The notes below the pieces were generated by a model that saw only the letters and a list, made by a program, of their open reading frames with translations, was not told the origin of the DNA and ran no database searches. Positions 34,798-45,075 of a stretch of 64,000 bases of DNA are shown here, one piece after another; the stretch's first letter is position 1, and each line of letters begins with the position of its first letter. The stretch comes from an uncultured Actinomycetes bacterium. Its GTDB lineage: Bacteria; Actinomycetota; Thermoleophilia; Gaiellales; JAICJC01. Position numbers and translations under genes: made by a program. The stretch lies in NCBI GenBank assembly GCA_963706075.1, contig CAVPLP010000002.1, positions 172,616-236,615 of the forward strand. The letters are read 5' to 3'.

Positions 34798-36330
34798 ATG
34801 GCGCTCGGTTTCTTGCTGTGGCCCACGGCATCGGGCGCGGGGATCGCCGAGGCCGGTCATCCGCGGGGCGGCGGCCATAGGGGATCGGTGGAGTGGGCCG
34901 GTTTCGCCGGGAACGCGCAGCACACGGCGGTGGCCTGGACGCACGCTCAGCCGTTCCACCGGATCCGCTGGAGGGCGAAGGTCGATCTGGCTCCGGATCT
35001 GTCGGGTGGCGTTCTGCCCATCCACTACGGCTCCCCGATGATCACGGCGGCCAACACGGTGCTGGTCCCGACCCGGGTCAGTGACAAGGCCGGGTTCCGG
35101 GTGGTCGCGTACTCCGGGGCCGGCGGCGCGCGGCGCTGGTCGCTCGGCACCGACTATCGGCCGCCGGCATTCACCGGCGGCTTCGGCACCTGGACGCCTC
35201 CGTTGCCCGCCGTGCTGACGCCCGACACGTCTCTGGCAGTTGCCGGTGCAGGAGGGACAGTCCTCGTGCGCCGGCACGCCAACCTGGCCGCCGGTTCGGT
35301 GCGGCGGCGGGTGTTCTACGGGGCTTCGCAGTGGCGGGCCCATCGCGCCGCCTACGACAAGGCCGTGCAGATCACCACGCCGCTGACCGCCGGACATGAC
35401 GGGTCGATCTATTTCGGGTTCACCGTGACCGGCGCAACACCGGCGCACCTGTCCAGCGGGATCGCCCGCATCGATGCGCGTGGCCACGCGACGTGGATCA
35501 CCGCCGCCGCGGCCGCCGGCAACCCGGCCATCGACGGCGTGGCCATGAACTGCGCCCCGGCCCTGTCGCCCTCCGGCACGACCGTCTACATCACCGTCAC
35601 CAGCCCCACACGCGCCATCCTGGTCGGCCTCGACGCCGCCACGCTCAAGCCTCGGTTCCACGTCGTGCTGAAAGACCCGGTCAGCGGCCAGCCGGCCTTC
35701 ATCTCGACCAGCTCGTCCGCCTCACCGACGGTCGGACCGGACGGGGACGTGTACTACGGCGTCCTGGAGAATCCCTTCCCCAACCATGACGACCGCGGCT
35801 GGCTGCTGCACTACGACGCCACCTTGACCCGGGCCAAGACGCCGGGATCCTTCGGCTGGGACAACACCGTCTCCGTGCTGCCCGCCCGCGCCGTGCCCCG
35901 CTACCACGGAACCTCGCCGTACCTCCTGGTGTCCAAGTACAACAACTACCTCGGCATCGGGCCGCACGGAGACGGTCGCAACCGGGTCGCCGTGCTCGAC
36001 CCCCGGACAAGCCAGAAAGACCCCTACGCGGACACCCGGGTCATGAAGGCCGTGCAGACCGTCCTGTCGCCAGTGCACGAGCCCGGGACACCCGCCGGAG
36101 CACGCTACGAGTGGTGCATCAACTCGGCCGTGGTCGACCCCGCCGACGACTCGGTGATCGTGAACAGCGAGGACGGAACCGTCTACCGCTGGGACCTGGC
36201 CCGGAACGTGCTGGCCGAGAATGTCCACCTCAACGCCCCACGCCCCGAGGCCTACACCCCCACCCTCATCGGCCCTGACGGCACCGTCTACGCCATCAAC
36301 AACGCCACCCTCTACGCCATCGGACGCTAG
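34798..36330 (+). CDS. Secreted beta-propeller-like (PQQ/BamB-like repeat) hypothetical protein
   Basis: Signal-like MALGFLLWPTASGAG and repeated DG(T/S)(V/I)Y motifs. The start is uncertain. An ATG at 34691 with a GGAAGGAAGGG Shine-Dalgarno sequence is in another frame, so there may be a further frameshift. Confidence 0.55.
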   Translation: MALGFLLWPTASGAGIAEAGHPRGGGHRGSVEWAGFAGNAQHTAVAWTHAQPFHRIRWRAKVDLAPDLSGGVLPIHYGSPMITAANTVLVPTRVSDKAGFRVVAYSGAGGARRWSLGTDYRPPAFTGGFGTWTPPLPAVLTPDTSLAVAGAGGTVLVRRHANLAAGSVRRRVFYGASQWRAHRAAYDKAVQITTPLTAGHDGSIYFGFTVTGATPAHLSSGIARIDARGHATWITAAAAAGNPAIDGVAMNCAPALSPSGTTVYITVTSPTRAILVGLDAATLKPRFHVVLKDPVSGQPAFISTSSSASPTVGPDGDVYYGVLENPFPNHDDRGWLLHYDATLTRAKTPGSFGWDNTVSVLPARAVPRYHGTSPYLLVSKYNNYLGIGPHGDGRNRVAVLDPRTSQKDPYADTRVMKAVQTVLSPVHEPGTPAGARYEWCINSAVVDPADDSVIVNSEDGTVYRWDLARNVLAENVHLNAPRPEAYTPTLIGPDGTVYAINNATLYAIGR

Positions 36331-36374
36331 CCTGACCGCTCGCTCGATTACGCGTTGACCAAGGCCCGCTCCGC

Positions 36375-36923
36375 TCAGGCCGTTCGCTCGTACCCGAGAG
36401 CGTCGAACGCTGCCGGATAGACGACCCGACCGGCGAGGTCGGCGCCGTATCCCGGGAGCCGCTTGACCATGAATGCCTCGTCCGGGATCTTCGGATGCGG
36501 GGAGATGAAGCCGAGCGCGCTCGCCCGCTCGAAGCCGAAGCGAGGGTAGTACGCGGGAATGCCCTCGACCATGACCGCCGGCTCGCCCGCTTCCTGGGCG
36601 CGGCCGAGCGCGTCCCGGATCAGCTGTGTCCCCACACCGATGCGCTGGCGGTCAGGCCGAACCGACATCGGCGTGAGACTCAGGATCCTTGTACGGGACC
36701 CGCCTTCAACGCCGACCCAGCTCAGCATCACGTGGGCAATCACACCGGAGGAGTCCTCGGCGACCAGCGCCAGCTCCGGAATGAAGTGCTCCGACGCCCG
36801 AATGCGCTCGACGAACGACGCGACCTCGTCGGGGTCCTGTCCGGCGAATGCCGCGCGGACCACCTCTGCGATCGCGGGATGGTCCGTGGCGCGCTCGGGA
36901 CGGATGACGACGCCCTCGTCCAT
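36375..36923 (-). CDS. GNAT family N-acetyltransferase (YhbS-like)
   Basis: 182 aa with RQRIGVGTQLIRDAL and YYPRFGF. Confidence 0.8.
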   Translation of the reverse strand: MDEGVVIRPERATDHPAIAEVVRAAFAGQDPDEVASFVERIRASEHFIPELALVAEDSSGVIAHVMLSWVGVEGGSRTRILSLTPMSVRPDRQRIGVGTQLIRDALGRAQEAGEPAVMVEGIPAYYPRFGFERASALGFISPHPKIPDEAFMVKRLPGYGADLAGRVVYPAAFDALGYERTA

Positions 36924-36929
36924 CGGTGG

Positions 36930-37499
36930 CTACCTGCGAACGCGGAACCGGAGGATGGTGGCGTCGCCCGACCGCGCGCTGCTCACCGGTTCCAGGTCGA
37001 CCCTGGTGAGCCCCGGGGACGAGAAGGGGATGCCATCGCCGAGCAGGAGCGGCAGCACGTACACCAGGATCTCGTCGACGAGCCCCCGCCCCAGGCACTG
37101 GCCCGCGACATCGGCGCCGAGGATCTCGAGGTTCTTGCCGCCCGCCGCGTCCAGTGCGGTGGCAACCGCTGCCCCGATGTCACCGCTGAGGATCGTGACA
37201 TCCGGCTCCGGCGGCTCCAGCGGCCGGTGCGTGAGGAGAAAGAACGGCCCGGAGAACGGGTAGTCCACGCTGCCGGGATCCTCGGCCTCCATGTTGCTGC
37301 CGACCTCCCAGGTGCGCCGGCCGATGAGCATGGCGCCGGTGGCCGCAGCGATCTCCGCGAAATCGTCCGGCGCCACGAAGTCGGCGAGCCGGCGGCCACC
37401 ACCCCAGTCCATCCTATGGCCGGGACCGGCGATGAAGCCGTCAAGCGACATGCACCTGTTCACGACCACCTTGCCGGGTTCGGTGCTCGTCTCGCTCAT
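36930..37499 (-). CDS. Dihydrofolate reductase family protein (RibD C-terminal domain)
   Basis: NRCMSLDGFIAGP...MLIGRRTWE...DEILVYVLPLLLGDGIPF. The start is at MSETSTE. Confidence 0.8.
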   Translation of the reverse strand: MSETSTEPGKVVVNRCMSLDGFIAGPGHRMDWGGGRRLADFVAPDDFAEIAAATGAMLIGRRTWEVGSNMEAEDPGSVDYPFSGPFFLLTHRPLEPPEPDVTILSGDIGAAVATALDAAGGKNLEILGADVAGQCLGRGLVDEILVYVLPLLLGDGIPFSSPGLTRVDLEPVSSARSGDATILRFRVRR

Positions 37500-37582
37500 C
37501 CGCTCCTCCGAACAACCATGGGCCGCCATTCTTGCATCCCCTGGCCCTCCGCCCGGCTGCAGACGCGTCGTAGACTCAGCGC

Positions 37583-40549
37583 GTGACGGTCTGCCCACGG
37601 TGCGGCCAGGAGAACCCTGCTGAGGCACGGTTCTGCAACGCATGCGCGGCGGCGCTTGACGCGCCGCCCGGCGTGGGCCGCGAGCAGCGAAAGACGGTGA
37701 CGGTGCTGTTCTGCGATCTGACCGGTTCGACGGCGCTGGGGGAGGAGCTCGACGCCGAGACGTTGCGGATCGTGCTCGCCCGCTACTTCGAACGGATGAA
37801 GACGATCGTCGAGCGGCACGGCGGGAGCGTCGAGAAGTTCATCGGCGATGCCGTGATGGCGGTGTTCGGCGTGCCGGTGGCGCATGAGGACGACGCGCTG
37901 CGCGCGGTGCGATCCGCGGCCGAGATGCGAGACGCGCTGCCGGAGCTGGGGCTGCTCGGGCGAATTGGCGTGATGACGGGTGAGGTGGTCACGGGAACGG
38001 CGGAGCGGCTGGCGACCGGCGATGCGGTGAACGTGGCATCGCGGCTTGAGTCTGCGGCGCCGCCCGGTGAGGTGTTGCTCGGGGAGGCGACGCACGAGCT
38101 TGTCCGGGCGGCGGTGGACGTCGAGCCGGTCGAGCCGCTCGAGCTGAAGGGCAAGGCGAAGCGGGTGCCCGCCTACCGGTTGGTGCGCGTGCGGCCCGCG
38201 CCCGAGCGGCGACACGATGCGTCGTTCGTGGGGCGTGAGCGCGAGCTCGCGCTGCTTCGGGAGGCGTGGGGGCGGGTCCGTGAGGAGCAGAGCTGCGAGC
38301 TGGTGACCGTCGTTGGCGAAGCGGGCGTCGGGAAGTCCCGGCTGGTGGCAGAGGCGCTGGCCGGGGTCGAGGCGGCGATCGTCCGCGGCCGCTGCCTGCC
38401 CTACGGCGAGGGGATCACATACTGGCCGGTCGTCGAGGTGTTGAAGCAGCTCGGCGAGCGTCCGCCGGATGAAGCCGTCGCGGCGCCAATCCGCTCGCTG
38501 CTCGGCGAGAGCGGGGCGGCGACGTCCGCTGACGAGATCGCCTGGGCGTTTCGGAAGACGGTGGAGCGGGCCGCGGCGGAGCAGCCGCTGGTGGTCGTGT
38601 TCGACGACATCCAGTGGGGCGAGGACACGCTCCTCGACCTGATCGAGCACGTCGCGCTGCTCTCGTCAGGCGCGTCGATCCTGCTGCTCTGCATCTCGCG
38701 GCCGGAGATCGGCGAGCGCCGGCGGTCGTGGCCGGTGACGTTGCGGCTCGAGCCGTTGCGCGACGAGGCGGTCGAGCAGCTGATCGGGGAGCGCATCCCG
38801 GACGAGCTGCGCGAGAGGATCGCTCGCGCCGCGGGCGGAAACCCGCTCTTCATCGAGGAGATGGTGGCGATGGCCGGCGACGGGGATGGTGAAGTCGTTG
38901 TCCCCCCCACGCTGCAGGCGCTGCTCGCGACGCGCCTGGATCAGCTCGATGCCGGCCAGCGGGGCGTCCTCGAGCGTGGGGCGATCGAAGGCGAGGTCTT
39001 CCACCGCGGTGCGGTGCAAGCGCTCGCCACCGACGGATCCCAGGTGACGCCGCACCTGGCGGCGCTCGTGCGCAACCAGCTGATCAGGCCCGACCGATCC
39101 CAGCTTGTTGGCGATGACGGCTTCCGGTTCCGTCACCTGTTGATCCGCGATGCGGCCTACCAGGCGCTACCGAAGTCCACCCGCGCCGAGCTTCACGAGC
39201 GCTTTGCTGCCTGGCTGGCGCACCACTGGGCCGAGCTCGTCGAGCTGGACGAGGTCCTTGGCTACCACCTCGAACAGGCGTGCCGCTATCGCGCCGAGCT
39301 CGGCATGGCTCGTGACGACGAGCTCGCCGAGGCCGCACGGCGCCGCCTGACCGCCGGCGGGCGCCGGGCGCAGCTGCTCGCGAACTACGACGGCGCCGCG
39401 CGCATGTTCGAGCGGGCTGCCGCGCTTGTCCCTCCGCTCGAGGTCGACCTCCTGCTCGAAACCGAGCTCGTCGAGTCACTGTATTGGGCGGGCGACGGCG
39501 CGGGCGCGCTGCTGCGGGCGGAATCCATCGCCGAGCGCGCGGCGACCGCCGGAGACCAGGTGGGTGAGCTGTGCGGCAGGATTCAGACGGGGATGGTCCG
39601 GATCAGCGTCGAGCCGGAAGGTGCCGCGGAGAGTCTGAGAGCACTGGTGGATCAGGCGCTGCCCGTGTTTCAGGTCGCAGGTCACGAACTTGCCCTCTAC
39701 ACCGCCTACCACGCACTCGCACAGGTGGAATTCGAGCACGCGCGAACGGACTCTGCGCTGGAGGCATACGAGCGGGCCGCCGTCCACGCCCAGCATGCGG
39801 GGCTGCCTCAGGAGTTCCTCGAATGGCGTGCCAGCTGCCGGTTCTACGGCGCGACGGCCGTGCCGGAAATCCTGGCGTGGCTGGACGAGCAGGAGTCACG
39901 GCCCGGCCAGCACCATTGGCTCCGGATGTACCGGGCGCTGGCGCTGGGGATGCTGGGCCGCTTCGACGAGGCGCGACCCATCCTCGCCGGTACGCGGGCG
40001 GAGCTGGCCGAACGCGGCGGAGGAATCCGGCTCGGCGTGACGACGGGTATCGAGTCCGTGTACTTCGAGCTCCTGGCCGGCGATCCCGCCGCCGCTGCCG
40101 AGCTCGGAGCCGAGGGGTGCAGGATGCTCGAGGAGTTGGGCGACAAGAGCTTCCGCTCGACGGCCGCCGGGAGGCTGGCGCAAGCACTCTACGCACTCGA
40201 CCGGCTCGCGGAGGCCGACGCCTCGGCGACCCAGGCTGCCGAACTCGGAGCGAGCGAGGATGCGTTCACGCAGATGCTCTGGCGACAGGTGAGGGCAAAG
40301 GTGCTCGCTCGCGGCGGCGAGCACGCCGAGGCCGAGCGGATCGCGCGCGAGGCGGTCGCGATCGGCCAGACGACCGACGATCTCGACGGCCAGGGCGACG
40401 CCAGGGCAGATCTCGCAACGGTGCTCGAGTTGGCCGGCCGGCGGGAAGAGAGCGCGGCCGAGCTCGAACGAGCGCTCGAGCTCTTCGAGCGGAAGGGCAA
40501 TCGCATCTCCGCCGAACGGACACGCGCAAGATTGGGGAGGCTGCCTTGA
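37583..40549 (+). CDS. Zinc-ribbon / class III adenylate-guanylate cyclase / AAA (STAND-like) ATPase / TPR multidomain protein
   Basis: N-terminal CPRCGQ...CNAC, cyclase motifs VTVLFCDLTGST...KFIGDAVMAVFG, and a P-loop GEAGVGKSRL followed by a long helical-repeat region; 988 aa. Confidence 0.88.
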   Translation: MTVCPRCGQENPAEARFCNACAAALDAPPGVGREQRKTVTVLFCDLTGSTALGEELDAETLRIVLARYFERMKTIVERHGGSVEKFIGDAVMAVFGVPVAHEDDALRAVRSAAEMRDALPELGLLGRIGVMTGEVVTGTAERLATGDAVNVASRLESAAPPGEVLLGEATHELVRAAVDVEPVEPLELKGKAKRVPAYRLVRVRPAPERRHDASFVGRERELALLREAWGRVREEQSCELVTVVGEAGVGKSRLVAEALAGVEAAIVRGRCLPYGEGITYWPVVEVLKQLGERPPDEAVAAPIRSLLGESGAATSADEIAWAFRKTVERAAAEQPLVVVFDDIQWGEDTLLDLIEHVALLSSGASILLLCISRPEIGERRRSWPVTLRLEPLRDEAVEQLIGERIPDELRERIARAAGGNPLFIEEMVAMAGDGDGEVVVPPTLQALLATRLDQLDAGQRGVLERGAIEGEVFHRGAVQALATDGSQVTPHLAALVRNQLIRPDRSQLVGDDGFRFRHLLIRDAAYQALPKSTRAELHERFAAWLAHHWAELVELDEVLGYHLEQACRYRAELGMARDDELAEAARRRLTAGGRRAQLLANYDGAARMFERAAALVPPLEVDLLLETELVESLYWAGDGAGALLRAESIAERAATAGDQVGELCGRIQTGMVRISVEPEGAAESLRALVDQALPVFQVAGHELALYTAYHALAQVEFEHARTDSALEAYERAAVHAQHAGLPQEFLEWRASCRFYGATAVPEILAWLDEQESRPGQHHWLRMYRALALGMLGRFDEARPILAGTRAELAERGGGIRLGVTTGIESVYFELLAGDPAAAAELGAEGCRMLEELGDKSFRSTAAGRLAQALYALDRLAEADASATQAAELGASEDAFTQMLWRQVRAKVLARGGEHAEAERIAREAVAIGQTTDDLDGQGDARADLATVLELAGRREESAAELERALELFERKGNRISAERTRARLGRLP

Positions 40550-41412
40550 TGTCGACAGGCGATGAGATCCGAGACGCTCAGCGAGCGGCGTGGGCCGGGC
40601 TGTCTGCAGGCTGGGAGAAGTGGGACTCGGTCATCATGGATCAGCTGGGCCCGGTCAGCACGGCGATGATCGAGCGTCTCGACATCGCCGATGATCAGCA
40701 GCACCTCGACATCGCCGCGGGCACCGGCGAGCCGGGGCTGACCATCGCGAGGCTCGCGCCGAGGGGACACGTCGTGCTGACCGACCTCGCGGCCGAGATG
40801 CTCGACATCGCGACGCGACGAGCGAGCGAGCAGGGGATCGCCAATTTCGAGGCCACGGTGTGCAGCGCCGACGACCTGCCGTTCGGTGACGCGACGTTCG
40901 ACAGTGTCTCGGTGCGGTTCGGATACATGTTCCTGCCCGACCTCGCCAAAGCGACCGCCGAGTTCGCACGCGTGCTCAAGCCGGGCGGACGTCTCTGCTC
41001 GTCGGTCTGGATCAAGCCCGAGGAAAACCCGTGGACGACGATCGTGACGCAGGCGGTCGCGACGGAGGCGGTGCTGGCGCCACCCGACCCGGACGGGCCG
41101 AACATGTTCCGGTGCGCTGCCCCGGGATACGTCAGTGCGCTGTACGAGGCCGCGGGGCTGCACGACGTCGCCGAGTGGAACGTCGGCGTCGAGCTCGTGA
41201 CGCAATCGCCCGCGGAGTACTGGGAGATGATCAGCGAGCACGTCTCGCTCGCGGTCGCGGCGCTTCAGCAGGTCGACGAACCGGCGCGGGAGCGGATCGC
41301 GAAAGCCGTCATCGCCGAGGTCAGCACCTACGTGGAAGACGGCGAGGTACGGGTTCCGGGCGTGGCCCGCTGCATCGTCGGCACGAAGCCCTCGATCCGG
41401 ATCGAGGGCTGA
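40549..41412 (+). CDS. Class I SAM-dependent methyltransferase
   Basis: LDIAAGTGEPG motif I. The start overlaps the cyclase stop codon (TGATG). Confidence 0.85.
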   Translation: MSTGDEIRDAQRAAWAGLSAGWEKWDSVIMDQLGPVSTAMIERLDIADDQQHLDIAAGTGEPGLTIARLAPRGHVVLTDLAAEMLDIATRRASEQGIANFEATVCSADDLPFGDATFDSVSVRFGYMFLPDLAKATAEFARVLKPGGRLCSSVWIKPEENPWTTIVTQAVATEAVLAPPDPDGPNMFRCAAPGYVSALYEAAGLHDVAEWNVGVELVTQSPAEYWEMISEHVSLAVAALQQVDEPARERIAKAVIAEVSTYVEDGEVRVPGVARCIVGTKPSIRIEG

Positions 41413-41415
41413 ACG

Positions 41416-42113
41416 GTGGCCGACGTGCTGCGCCTGGCCTGCGCCGACATCGAGGCGCCGCCGCTCTTCCACGCCAGCGGCGGAGGTCAGGACCGGCGAG
41501 GCTTCGAGCCGGACGTCGGCCGGGCTGTCGCACATGCGCTCGGCCGCCCCCTCGAGTGGCGGTTCGTCCCGTGGTCGGAGATGCTGCCGAGCGTGCGCTC
41601 GGGCGACGCCGACGGCGTGCTCTGCGGCCAGGGCATCACCGCGCAGCGCCTGGAGCTGGTCGACTTCACCCGTCCCTACGCCGTGTTCAACGAGTCGGTG
41701 CTCGTGCGGGCCGGCAGCGGCATCGAGTCGCCCGAGGGGCTGCGCGGGCTGCGCGTCGGCGCGATCGCCGGCAGCACGAACATGACGCTGACCGAGACCT
41801 TCGAGGCCGCCGAGCCCGTGGCCGTTCTCGGGCACGTCGGACGACGTCTTCGGTGAGATGCTCGAGGCGCTGCGGTCGGGGGACGTGGATGCCGTGGTCG
41901 ACGACGACGTCGCGCTGATCCCGGTGGCCGACGACCCCGAGTTCGCCATCGCGTTCACAGCCGAGACGCGGAACCGCTGGGGCATCGCCGTCAGCAAGGA
42001 CGAGCCAGCAGCTGCGCCGCGAGCTGGACGGTGCCCTCGAGCGCCTGCACGCCGACGGTGAGCTGGCCGCCATCTGGTCGCGGTGGATGCCCAGCCTGCC
42101 GTATCCGTTGTGA
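41416..42113 (+). pseudogene. Signal-peptide-less periplasmic-binding-protein (SBP_bac_3-type) domain protein, two +1 frameshifts (near 41821 and 42005)
   Basis: The protein is split across three frames: VADVLRLACADIEAPPLF...VDFTRPY...; FSGTSDDVFGEMLEALRSGDVDAVVDD...WGIAVSKDE; and QQLRRELDGALERLHADGELAAIWSRWM... Confidence 0.6.
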
Positions 42114-42258
42114 CGAAGACGTGGTTGTCCGGTACGGTAGGCACCGATATGGAATCGGGGGTTAGAGATGACGGACTCGGCAACTGACCGCGAGAAGGCG
42201 CCGCCGGCGTCGAAGCGACGGGGCGGCCAAGACCAGCGCCGCGGTTCCACATCTGAGC

Positions 42259-43636
42259 GTGGCGGAGCGGGTGGCGCGAGGACGGGCCGCGCGGCAGGAG
42301 GTGCCGCGGTCGAGCGCACGGCGTGTTCGAGCCGGCGGCACACCGGGCCGATCCCGTTGAGCTCCTGCGGAGCCAGGAGAAGTCTCGAGTGCCTGACCTG
42401 GTGCCCATTCGCTACGGGCGGATGCTCGTGTCGCCGTTCGCCTTCTATCGCGGCGGGGCGCTGATCATGGCGGCGGATCTGGCCGCAGCGCCGCGGTCCG
42501 GGCTCAACGTCCAGGCGTGCGGTGATGCTCATCTCTCGAACTTCGGCGTGTTCGGCTCGCCTGAGCGGCGCCTGATGTTCGATGTGAACGATTTCGACGA
42601 GACGCTGCCGGCGCCCTGGGAGTGGGACGTGAAGCGTCTTGCCGCGAGCCTGGTGGTTGCCGCAAGAGAGAACGGGTACTCGAAGGCACAGCGCCGGGAG
42701 ATCGTGATCGGAGCGACGAGTCGCTATCGCGAGGCGATACGGCAGTTCGCCTCGATGCCGAATCTGGCGGTGTGGTACTCGCGACTGGACATCGAGGACG
42801 AGCTCGCCAAGGTGCTGAAACAGCTCCGTGCGAAGCAGGTCAAGCGGACGGAGCAGAGCCTTGCGAAGGCGCGTACCAAGGACAGCATGCACGCCTTCGC
42901 GAAGCTCACGCACATGGTGAACGGCGAGCCGCGGATCATCAGCGACCCACCGCTCCTCGTGCCTGTCGAGGAGCTCCTCCCCGAAGTCGCGGATCAGATG
43001 ACGGAGGTCGTGCACGAGTTCATCCGCGGCTACCGGCGCTCGCTGCAGACCGACCGTCGGATCCTTCTGGAGCAGTACCGCTTCGTGCATCTGGCCCGCA
43101 AGGTCGTGGGGGTCGGAAGCGTCGGCACGCGCGCGTGGATCGCCCTGTTCATGGGCCTCGACGGACAGGATCCGCTGTTCCTCCAGGTGAAGGAGGCGCA
43201 GGCCTCCGTGCTCGAGGAGTTTGCCGGCAAGAGCGGGTATTCCAACCACGGCGAGCGGGTCGTGGCGGGTCAGCACCTGATGCAGGCCTCGAGCGACATC
43301 TTCCTGGGCTGGCGGCGGATGGCCAACCCGGTCGAGAACGTCGATCGCGACTTCTACGTGCGCCAGCTGAAGGACTGGAAGGGCTCGGCCGAGATCGAGA
43401 CGATGCGTCCGAGCGGCATGGCGGTCTACGGACAGCTCTGCGCCTGGACCCTGGCACGCGCCCACGCACGCTCCGGGGACCGTGTCGCGATCGCGGCCTA
43501 CCTGGGAGGCGGCGACAGCTTTGATCGAGCCATCGCCGAGTTCGCGGAGGCCTACGCCGACCAGAACGAGCGCGACCACCAGGCTCTGGCCGACGCTGTG
43601 AAGGACGGCCGCGTGGAGGCTGAGACTGGGCTCTGA
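42259..43636 (+). pseudogene. DUF2252 domain protein, paralog A, +1 frameshift near 42316
   Basis: ORF 42323..43636 carries VPIRYGRMLVSPFAFYRG...ACGDAHLSNFG. The N-terminal AERVARGRAARQEVPRSS is in the preceding frame. The start is uncertain (GTG at 42259 or ATG at 42168). Confidence 0.7.
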
Positions 43637-43637
43637 G

Positions 43638-43659
43638 CCTGGCCGCCCGAACGGCCAGG
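43638..43659 (+). terminator. Hairpin after DUF2252-A
   Basis: CCTGGCCG-CCCGAA-CGGCCAGG forms a perfect 8-bp stem. No clear U-tract follows. Confidence 0.4.
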
Positions 43660-43686
43660 GCGTCGATTCGAGGAGGTACGTTCGCC

Positions 43687-44514
43687 ATGGATGAGGCCGC
43701 GCGGTCACGATCCGATGTGATCGGTGGGATGGAAGCGCTGTTCGAGCGGGACGTTGCGGGTCCGATGCGGGACTTCGCCGATCCGTCACAGGAGTGGCGG
43801 CGCCTGTTCTCGGAGCTCCTGGGGACGTTCTTTCTGGTGTTGGTGGCGTGCGGCGGCGGCGTGATGAGCGAGGCATTCCCCAACACGATCAGCCGCACGG
43901 CGGCGGTGACCGCGCCCGGCCTGATGGTGCTCGCGATCATCCTGTTCATGGGCAAGGTGTCCGGCGCGCATCTGAACCCGGCGGTCAGCGTGGCGTTCTC
44001 GCTCCGGGGTGACTTCCCGTGGCGACGGGTGCCGGGCTACGTCGTGGTGCAGCTGATCGGGGCTGCGCTGGCGGCGTGGTTCGTGCAGAGCGTGGTCAAT
44101 GCGTCGGCCGTCTTCGGCTCGAACTATCCGGCCACGGGGTACACCTCGACCGATGCCTTCCTGATGGAAGCCGTGCTCACGCTCGGCCTTGTCAGCGTGA
44201 TTCTGGGTACCGCGTCGGGCGCGCAGAACCTCGGGGCGTTCGGCGCTCTTGGCGTCGGCGGGTACATCATCCTGGCCGGCCTCTGGGGGAGCCCAATCTC
44301 GGGCGCGTCGATGAACCCGGCGCGGACCTTCGGACCGGACCTCGTGGGCGGCAACTTCACCAGCTACTGGGTGTACGTCGCCGGGCCCCTGGTCGGCGCT
44401 GCGATCGCTGTCGGGTGCGCCTACGTGCTGCGCGGGCCAGGAGGTGGCCGTGCCGGCTCGGCCGCGGCTCAGGGAAGCCTCCAGACCCACGTCGAACGAC
44501 CCGATCAAGCCTAG
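43687..44514 (+). CDS. MIP/aquaporin family channel (GlpF/AqpZ-like)
   Basis: Two NPA boxes (HLNPAVS and SMNPARTFG). A GAGGAGG Shine-Dalgarno sequence is present. Confidence 0.88.
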   Translation: MDEAARSRSDVIGGMEALFERDVAGPMRDFADPSQEWRRLFSELLGTFFLVLVACGGGVMSEAFPNTISRTAAVTAPGLMVLAIILFMGKVSGAHLNPAVSVAFSLRGDFPWRRVPGYVVVQLIGAALAAWFVQSVVNASAVFGSNYPATGYTSTDAFLMEAVLTLGLVSVILGTASGAQNLGAFGALGVGGYIILAGLWGSPISGASMNPARTFGPDLVGGNFTSYWVYVAGPLVGAAIAVGCAYVLRGPGGGRAGSAAAQGSLQTHVERPDQA

Positions 44515-44580
44515 CCTTGCCCGGCGCTGGTCACACCGGTCCACCGAGACGACGTCACCAGCTGCTGGAGCGCGATCGAG

Positions 44581-45063
44581 GTGGTCGTGGGCCGCGAAGG
44601 GCAGGTCGGCAGCACGGTCTACGGGACCGTGCTGGTGCTGGCGGCGCTGACCGCGGCCTACGCCGCTGAACGACACCAGCCGAAGAAGCTTGTCGAGCTG
44701 GTCGTCACCGCCGTCTTCGTCTTCTGGAGCGCATACGTCTACGCCCATGCTCTGTCGGAGAGCATCGAGACCGCGACTCCGCTCAGCCGATCCGGCGTCG
44801 CCCACATCGCTCGCCGCGAGCTGGGAATCATGCTGGCGGCGGTCGTGCCCATTCTCGCGTTGCTCCTCGGCGTCGTCGGGTTGGTCGCCGAAGGCACGAG
44901 TGTGTGGCTCGCGATCGCGCTGGGCTTGATCACGCTCACCGCGGAGGGGTACCGCTACGCCCGGGTCGCGGATCTCGGCGCGGTCGGAACCGTGTCGATC
45001 CTGGTGGCGAACCTCCTGCTGGGACTGTCGATCGTCGTGATGAAGGTCTCGCTCGTCCACTGA
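44581..45063 (+). CDS. Hypothetical four-TM membrane protein
   Basis: The hydrophobic segment pattern supports a membrane protein. No family recognised. Confidence 0.5.
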   Translation: MVVGREGQVGSTVYGTVLVLAALTAAYAAERHQPKKLVELVVTAVFVFWSAYVYAHALSESIETATPLSRSGVAHIARRELGIMLAAVVPILALLLGVVGLVAEGTSVWLAIALGLITLTAEGYRYARVADLGAVGTVSILVANLLLGLSIVVMKVSLVH

Positions 45064-45075
45064 CCGGCGGGGAAC

